This document shows, in pieces, positions 58,935 to 64,000 of a stretch of 64,000 bases of DNA; the first letter of the stretch is position 1, and each line of letters begins with the position of its first letter. Made by a program: the position numbers and the translations under genes. The stretch comes from Candidatus Moranbacteria bacterium GW2011_GWE2_35_2-. Its GTDB lineage: Bacteria; Patescibacteriota; Minisyncoccia; Moranbacterales; UBA9337. The stretch spans positions 120,016-184,015 of the forward strand of contig LBQD01000002.1 in NCBI GenBank assembly GCA_000990585.1, given 5' to 3'. Below the pieces are notes generated by a model. It saw only the letters and a program-made list of their open reading frames with translations, was not told the origin of the DNA and did not search any database.

Positions 58935-59879
58935 ATGTTTATCAAAAAAAATAAAAAAATATTATTATTCCTTGTTGTATTTTGCGCAACTTTTATGTTA
59001 GGCGCTTTTTTGAAAGCAAATGCAGCGTTGGTAACCGGTTATCTTTGGGGTGGAACTGAACAAGTCTCAGATGGAGCAATAAATGGGAATGAGACCGGAG
59101 TGGGGTGGATTGATTTGAGCGATAAAGTAGATGTTCCTTCTTCCGATGGAAACGTTTCCGGTTATGGCTGGAGTGAAAACATCGGTTGGGTGGATTTTAA
59201 TCCGGCAGGACCATATCCGGAAGCTCCGAATAATAGTGTTAGACGAGTTGGAAATAATTTGGTTGGTTGGGCGAGAATTGTGAGTATTGCAACGGCGAGA
59301 GCAGCGGGAAATTCCGGGGGATGGCTTGGATGGGTAAAAATGCACAACGTGTCCATTGATAGCGCAACCGGACAGATGTCGGGATATGCATGGTCTGATG
59401 AATTAGGTTGGATTGATTTTGCAAATGCAAAAATAGAGGCAAGTAAGATTCTTAATATTATTGTTTCAGCTAGTCCGAGTGCTTGTATCTCGTGCTCTTC
59501 TTTGGATTTTGATCTTGAAGCTGTTAGGGAAGATACATCCACAACTCTTGGTAATATTATTTATGAGTTTGATTGCGATGGAGATGGAACTTATGAAGGA
59601 ACATATAATACTATCAATAGTAGTCAGTCGCACGGTTGTACTGTGGTATCTTCCGTAACGGCACAAGTCAGAGTAACGCAAGATGGCATAACTCAAACCG
59701 GATCAGCGGCTATTTCCATCACTGCTCCAAGTTGCGGAGATGGGATTCTTGGTGTCGGAGAGGAATGTGATGACGGAGCGGCGAATAATGGTGTATGCCC
59801 GGCTAGTTGTAGCGCAAGTTGTACAAGTAATGTTTGTTCGGATAACTCTAACTATAACTGGATAGAAGTAGCCCCTTAA
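58935..59879 (+). CDS. secreted repeat protein (GxxWSxxxGW[IV]DF repeats) with a C-terminal Cys-rich CGDG...EECDDG repeat
   Basis: Signal peptide; internal repeats GYGWSENIGWVDF / GYAWSDELGWIDF; C-terminal CGDGILGVGEECDDGAANNGVC. Confidence 0.55.
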   Translation: MFIKKNKKILLFLVVFCATFMLGAFLKANAALVTGYLWGGTEQVSDGAINGNETGVGWIDLSDKVDVPSSDGNVSGYGWSENIGWVDFNPAGPYPEAPNNSVRRVGNNLVGWARIVSIATARAAGNSGGWLGWVKMHNVSIDSATGQMSGYAWSDELGWIDFANAKIEASKILNIIVSASPSACISCSSLDFDLEAVREDTSTTLGNIIYEFDCDGDGTYEGTYNTINSSQSHGCTVVSSVTAQVRVTQDGITQTGSAAISITAPSCGDGILGVGEECDDGAANNGVCPASCSASCTSNVCSDNSNYNWIEVAP

Positions 59880-59915
59880 AAATAATAGGTGTAATAATTT
59901 AATTTAGAATAACCG

Positions 59916-60260
59916 GTGAAAAAAGAAATTTCAAAAACAAATAAAGTAGCAGTTATTGCGGTGATTACTTTTGCATTGTTAATGTTTCTGATTTTGTTTT
60001 TTTCGTTATTTATAAAAAACAGAAGTCAACAAAAAGATAATAGTATTCAGTTTCCTGTCCAAAATGAGCAAGGAGAATTGAATGAAGAAAAGAAAATTGA
60101 AGAAGCGATTAACTTTATGGAGCAATCGGAAAGAGATTTAACTGAACAAGAGAACGTGATGATAGAAGAAGCGATGGATTCTATTGAGCAATCGGATTCG
60201 AATAGAAAATTAACCGAGCAAGAGAAAGCATTATTGGAAGAAGCTATGCAAATAAATTGA
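59916..60260 (+). CDS. hypothetical anchored acidic repeat protein
   Basis: TM helix followed by LTEQE repeats. Confidence 0.4.
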   Translation: MKKEISKTNKVAVIAVITFALLMFLILFFSLFIKNRSQQKDNSIQFPVQNEQGELNEEKKIEEAINFMEQSERDLTEQENVMIEEAMDSIEQSDSNRKLTEQEKALLEEAMQIN

Positions 60261-60283
60261 TTTAAAATATTTTTTAAAATAAA

Positions 60284-60907
60284 ATGAATAAAAAAATGGA
60301 AAACACAAAAATGTCAATCAGGAGTGGAAGAAAAATAATTCAAAATATTAAATGGTTTATCTTTTCTTTGACTCTGGGTCTTTTTCTTGGAGGAGGGTTG
60401 ATTGCTGTAAATGCATGGACAAATCCGACTGTTGCTCCTCCGGGAGGAAATATTGCTGCTCCGGTTAATGTGAGCGGGATAACTCAATTAAAAAGCGGAA
60501 GGTTGAATATGGATGGTTCGGTTCTTTTGAGTCCCACCACTGCTTTGCTTGTTCCTGTCGGTAATGTGGGGATCGGGGATAATTCTCCGGATGTTGGTAC
60601 CGGAGGACAGTTAAGATTGGATGTTAATGGAAATATTGGCGCAACAAAATATTGCGATGCGGCAGGAAATAATTGTAAGGCGATAACGGAGATGAAAGGA
60701 GTAACTGGCGCTTATTTTAGAACCTGTAACGGAAATTGTACTGTTTCTTGTAATGCGGGAGACTTGCGTACGGGATGTACTATGCGACCGACAGGAAATG
60801 CTCATAACAATAGTCTTGATTATTCGATTCCGAGTGGAACGAATAGCTGTACATGCACCTTATATGGATCATCCGGAACTTGTTATGCCAATTGTCTTGA
60901 TATATAG
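60284..60907 (+). CDS. hypothetical secreted Cys-rich protein
   Basis: TM/signal helix and a C-terminal Cys cluster. Confidence 0.45.
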   Translation: MNKKMENTKMSIRSGRKIIQNIKWFIFSLTLGLFLGGGLIAVNAWTNPTVAPPGGNIAAPVNVSGITQLKSGRLNMDGSVLLSPTTALLVPVGNVGIGDNSPDVGTGGQLRLDVNGNIGATKYCDAAGNNCKAITEMKGVTGAYFRTCNGNCTVSCNAGDLRTGCTMRPTGNAHNNSLDYSIPSGTNSCTCTLYGSSGTCYANCLDI

Positions 60908-60994
60908 ATAAAATACAAATTTTATTTTTTTTTAAAGCAGAGCTTTTATGGAGGTCTGCTTTATTTTTTTTTGTTTATGCGGTAGGATAAAAAT

Positions 60995-62587
60995 ATGAAG
61001 AAGGAAATAGTAAAAATTATCCATAAAACAGTAAAAGATTTGTTTGCAATAGAACAAGTCGATTTTGTTGCGGATTATCCGAAAGATGAGAAATTCGGGG
61101 ATTTTTCGACGAATGTCGCAATGGTTTTGGCGCCAATATTAAAAAAGAGCCCGATGGAAATAGCGGAAAGAATCAAGAATCAAGAATCAAGAATCAAGGA
61201 TATTGAGAAGGTTGAAATTATAAGTCCGGGATATATTAATTTTTATTTATCCAAAAAATATTTTCAAAATAAAGTAAAAGAAATAAATGAAAAGAAAGAA
61301 AGCTATGGAAATAGCAATGTCGGAGAAAATAAAAAATTCTTGATTGAATTCGTGAGTGCCAATCCGACCGGACCGATTCATCTGGGAAATGCCAGAGGAG
61401 GACCGTTGGGCGATGCGTTGGCGAATGTTTTGAAAAAAAGCAATCATCAAGTTGAAAAAGAATATTATGTGAATGATTTTGGCAATCAGGTTTTGATGTT
61501 GGGACATTCCATTTTGAAAGACGAGCAAGCTCAATACCGGGGGGATTATGTAGATGATTTGGCTTTGCAAAAAAACAAAGAAATGAACGATCCGATGGAA
61601 GTCGGAAATTGGGGAGCGAATGTGATTTTGGAAAAATTCATCAAACCGACTTGTGAAAGTTTGGGAGTGGATTTTGACGGTTGGTTTTCGGAAAAAAGTT
61701 TGCATACAAGCGGAAAAGTCGATGAAATTGTTCAAATGCTTCGTGAAAAAAATTTGATATATGAAAAAGACGGGGCGGTTTGGTTCAAATCGACCGAATT
61801 TGGCGATGACAAGGACAGAGTTTTGATTAAATCGAACGGTTTCAAAACTTATTCGGCAACTGATTTTGCGTACCATAAAAATAAAATCGAAAGAGGTTTT
61901 GATAAACTGATAAATATCCAAGGAGCGGACCATCACAAACAAGCGGAGGTAGTGAAATCCTTTGTGGAAAATTTTTTGCACGAAGGAAAAAAATTGGATT
62001 TGATTATGACGCAGATTGTGCGCGTAATTAAAGATGGAAAGGAAATAAAAATGTCAAAGAGAAAGGGAATATATTTTGCGCTTGATGATCTTTTGGAGGA
62101 GGTTGGAAAAGACGCGGTGAGATTTATTTTTTCTTCCTATGCTCCAACGAGCCATATTAATTTTGATTTGAATTTGGCATTGGAACGCAGTGAAAAAAAT
62201 CCGGTATTTTATGTTCAATACGCGCACGCGCGAATTTGTTCCATTTTGAAGAAAGCAGAAGATGATGAAGCGGGTGAGCGTAATAAAAATAAAGAAAATG
62301 CAGAGTTGTCCTTGCTTGTACATGAAAAAGAGATGAGCTTAATGCGGGAGCTGGAGAAGTTTCCGGGATTGATTGAAGAAATATCCCGAACATACGAGGT
62401 GCATAAATTGCCGCATTATGCCGTCGGCTTGGCTGATAAATTTCACTCTTTTTATGCGGCTTGTAAGGTTAACGATTCGGAGAATCCCAAGCTTTCACTA
62501 GCTAGACAAGAGTTGGTAAAAGCTGTTAGAATAGTATTAGAAGAAACCTTAAGATTGATTGGGGTGAGTGCGCCAAATAAGATGTAA
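60995..62587 (+). CDS. argS: arginine--tRNA ligase
   Basis: SANPTGPIHLGNARGG (HIGH region), a DALR domain, and the conserved C-terminal ...NKM. Confidence 0.9.
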   Translation: MKKEIVKIIHKTVKDLFAIEQVDFVADYPKDEKFGDFSTNVAMVLAPILKKSPMEIAERIKNQESRIKDIEKVEIISPGYINFYLSKKYFQNKVKEINEKKESYGNSNVGENKKFLIEFVSANPTGPIHLGNARGGPLGDALANVLKKSNHQVEKEYYVNDFGNQVLMLGHSILKDEQAQYRGDYVDDLALQKNKEMNDPMEVGNWGANVILEKFIKPTCESLGVDFDGWFSEKSLHTSGKVDEIVQMLREKNLIYEKDGAVWFKSTEFGDDKDRVLIKSNGFKTYSATDFAYHKNKIERGFDKLINIQGADHHKQAEVVKSFVENFLHEGKKLDLIMTQIVRVIKDGKEIKMSKRKGIYFALDDLLEEVGKDAVRFIFSSYAPTSHINFDLNLALERSEKNPVFYVQYAHARICSILKKAEDDEAGERNKNKENAELSLLVHEKEMSLMRELEKFPGLIEEISRTYEVHKLPHYAVGLADKFHSFYAACKVNDSENPKLSLARQELVKAVRIVLEETLRLIGVSAPNKM

Positions 62588-62624
62588 AATAAGACCTATA
62601 GGTCGCATATGACATATATGTCTG

Positions 62625-63809
62625 ATGATTTTTATGAGAATAGGAATTGACGCCAGAACAATATTGAATCCGGAAAAGGGTGACGCTATTGGTGTCGGAC
62701 ACTATACTTTTCAATTGATTCGCCATCTTTTGGAAATTGATCATGAAAACGAATATGTTTTGTTTTTTGATTTTCGCGTGCGGGAAAAAGATGTGAAGAA
62801 ATTCACTCGACCAAATGTGAAAATAAAATTTTATCCTTTTTCCGATTATAAAAAATATTTACCGGGCGCATATAGTGAGATTTTAGGAACTGCCACTTTG
62901 CAGCGAGAAAAATTGGATATATTGCATTCCACTTCTCCTTCTAGTCGAATTCCATTGGGGTACAAAGGAAAAACTGTTGTAACCTTCAATGATCTCGGCG
63001 CATATAAAATTCCCGGCTCTTTTTCGGCAGTTACCCGCAGTCGAAATAAGGCATTGGATCGACTAATGGAAAGTAAAGCAGACAAGATTATCGCAGTTTC
63101 AGAGTCGATGAAAAAAGATTTGCAGTCCGTATTCAAAACCAAAGAAGAAAAAATAGAAGTTATTTATAGTGGATTGGACAAGCGATTTTTTGAAATTTCC
63201 GATATGGGCGCAAAAAAGATTTTAGATCGTTATGGAATTAGAAAAAAATATATATTATTTCTGGGAACTTTGGAGCCGAGTAAAAATATTACTCGTCTCT
63301 TGCAAGCATTTGCCAAATTCAAAGAAAAGAGTTTGCTAAAAAATAAACAGACTGACGAAAAAAAATTCAAATATCAATTGGTGCTGGCAGGAAAGAGGGG
63401 TTGGCTTTCCAAGGAATATTTGCAAATCGCTAAGGATTTGGGGATTGCCAAAGATATTGTATATACGGGTTATGTTATTGGCGACGAATTGGTGCCTCTG
63501 TTTTCCGGTGCGGAATTTTTCGTTATGCCTTCACTCTATGAAGGATTCGGGATGACAGTTTTGGAAGCTTTTGCCACTAAAACTCCGGCAATTGTTTCTA
63601 ATGTTTCTTCGCTTCCGGAAATTGCCGGTGATGCGGCACTTTTAGTGAATCCTTTGGATGTTAATGAAATTTCCGAGGCTATTTGGGAATTTTCACAAAA
63701 TGAGCAGTTGCGGGAAAAATATCGCCAAAGAGGATTGGAACAAGCTAAGAAATTCAATTGGGAGAAATGCGCGCGCGCGACGTTGGAAGTATATAAATCA
63801 TTGATGTAG
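62625..63809 (+). CDS. glycosyltransferase family 4 (GT-B)
   Basis: EGFGMTVLEAFATKTPAIVSNVSSLPE in the EX7E region. Confidence 0.8.
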   Translation: MIFMRIGIDARTILNPEKGDAIGVGHYTFQLIRHLLEIDHENEYVLFFDFRVREKDVKKFTRPNVKIKFYPFSDYKKYLPGAYSEILGTATLQREKLDILHSTSPSSRIPLGYKGKTVVTFNDLGAYKIPGSFSAVTRSRNKALDRLMESKADKIIAVSESMKKDLQSVFKTKEEKIEVIYSGLDKRFFEISDMGAKKILDRYGIRKKYILFLGTLEPSKNITRLLQAFAKFKEKSLLKNKQTDEKKFKYQLVLAGKRGWLSKEYLQIAKDLGIAKDIVYTGYVIGDELVPLFSGAEFFVMPSLYEGFGMTVLEAFATKTPAIVSNVSSLPEIAGDAALLVNPLDVNEISEAIWEFSQNEQLREKYRQRGLEQAKKFNWEKCARATLEVYKSLM

Positions 63810-63817
63810 ATTTGTTT

Positions 63818-64000
63818 ATGTTCAAGAAAGTTGATGTTCGAAAAAAGCTTCCTGAATTAGAAAAGGAAGTTCTTGATTTTTGGAAGAAGAATAAAATATT
63901 TGAAAAATCTTTGAAAAAAAACAAAGATAAGCCTGCATATACTTTTTATGACGGGCCGCCTTTTGCTACCGGAACTCCGCACTATGGCCATATCGTGGGA
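63818..64000 (+). CDS. ileS: isoleucine--tRNA ligase, 5' partial (continues beyond the window)
   Basis: FYDGPPFATGTPHYGHIVG (HIGH). Confidence 0.85.
   Translation, partial: MFKKVDVRKKLPELEKEVLDFWKKNKIFEKSLKKNKDKPAYTFYDGPPFATGTPHYGHIVG

Overview
This window is AT-rich and gene-dense, with short intergenic regions and few Shine-Dalgarno sites. Together with the gene content this fits a small-genome Patescibacteria/CPR-like bacterium; that assignment is my inference from the sequence, not a database result.

The conserved backbone includes murI, a comFC-clp pair and a complete monoderm-style type IV pilus / competence-pilus locus (pilM-N-O-B, a CheY-like receiver, pilT, pilC, two tandem major pilins, pilD, three minor pilins and a PilX-like protein fused to a BNR propeller). 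Further housekeeping genes are ligA, gatCA, pnp, an RRM RNA-binding protein, yraN, a DksA/TraR-like protein, lspA, comM, an RlpA-like protein, rsmA, thiI, desulfoferrodoxin, pth, an LCP protein, a GH clan-A hydrolase, an L,D-transpeptidase, an HAD hydrolase, smpB-ssrA(tmRNA)-infC-rpmI-rplT, argS, a GT4 glycosyltransferase and the start of ileS.

RNA genes present are tRNA-Ser(TGA), tRNA-Arg(GCG), tRNA-Ser(GCT), an initiator-like tRNA-Met, a second CAT tRNA, tRNA-Asp and a tmRNA. There is no rRNA and no CRISPR array.

The most unusual part is a roughly 9 kb accessory island between lspA and comM (about 31.0-40.1 kb). It holds two restriction-modification modules that share a ~57 bp upstream repeat: a decayed gamma-class N6A methyltransferase with a PD-(D/E)xK nuclease, and an intact C5 methyltransferase flanked by two ~326 aa proteins. 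Between them sit three single-gene cassettes, each bracketed by its own near-perfect 22-30 bp inverted repeats and each preceded by a promoter-bearing palindromic MITE-like element. One cassette encodes a 380 aa alanyl-tRNA-synthetase catalytic-core paralog with degenerate active-site motifs.

Other findings are partial duplications of tRNA 3' ends with a recurring CCGCC-RTA-GGCGG hairpin, a 42 bp perfect palindrome upstream of murI, a promoter-to-terminator-bounded structured noncoding region of about 590 nt, duplicated leader elements upstream of infC and rplT, and two unannotated small ORFs.
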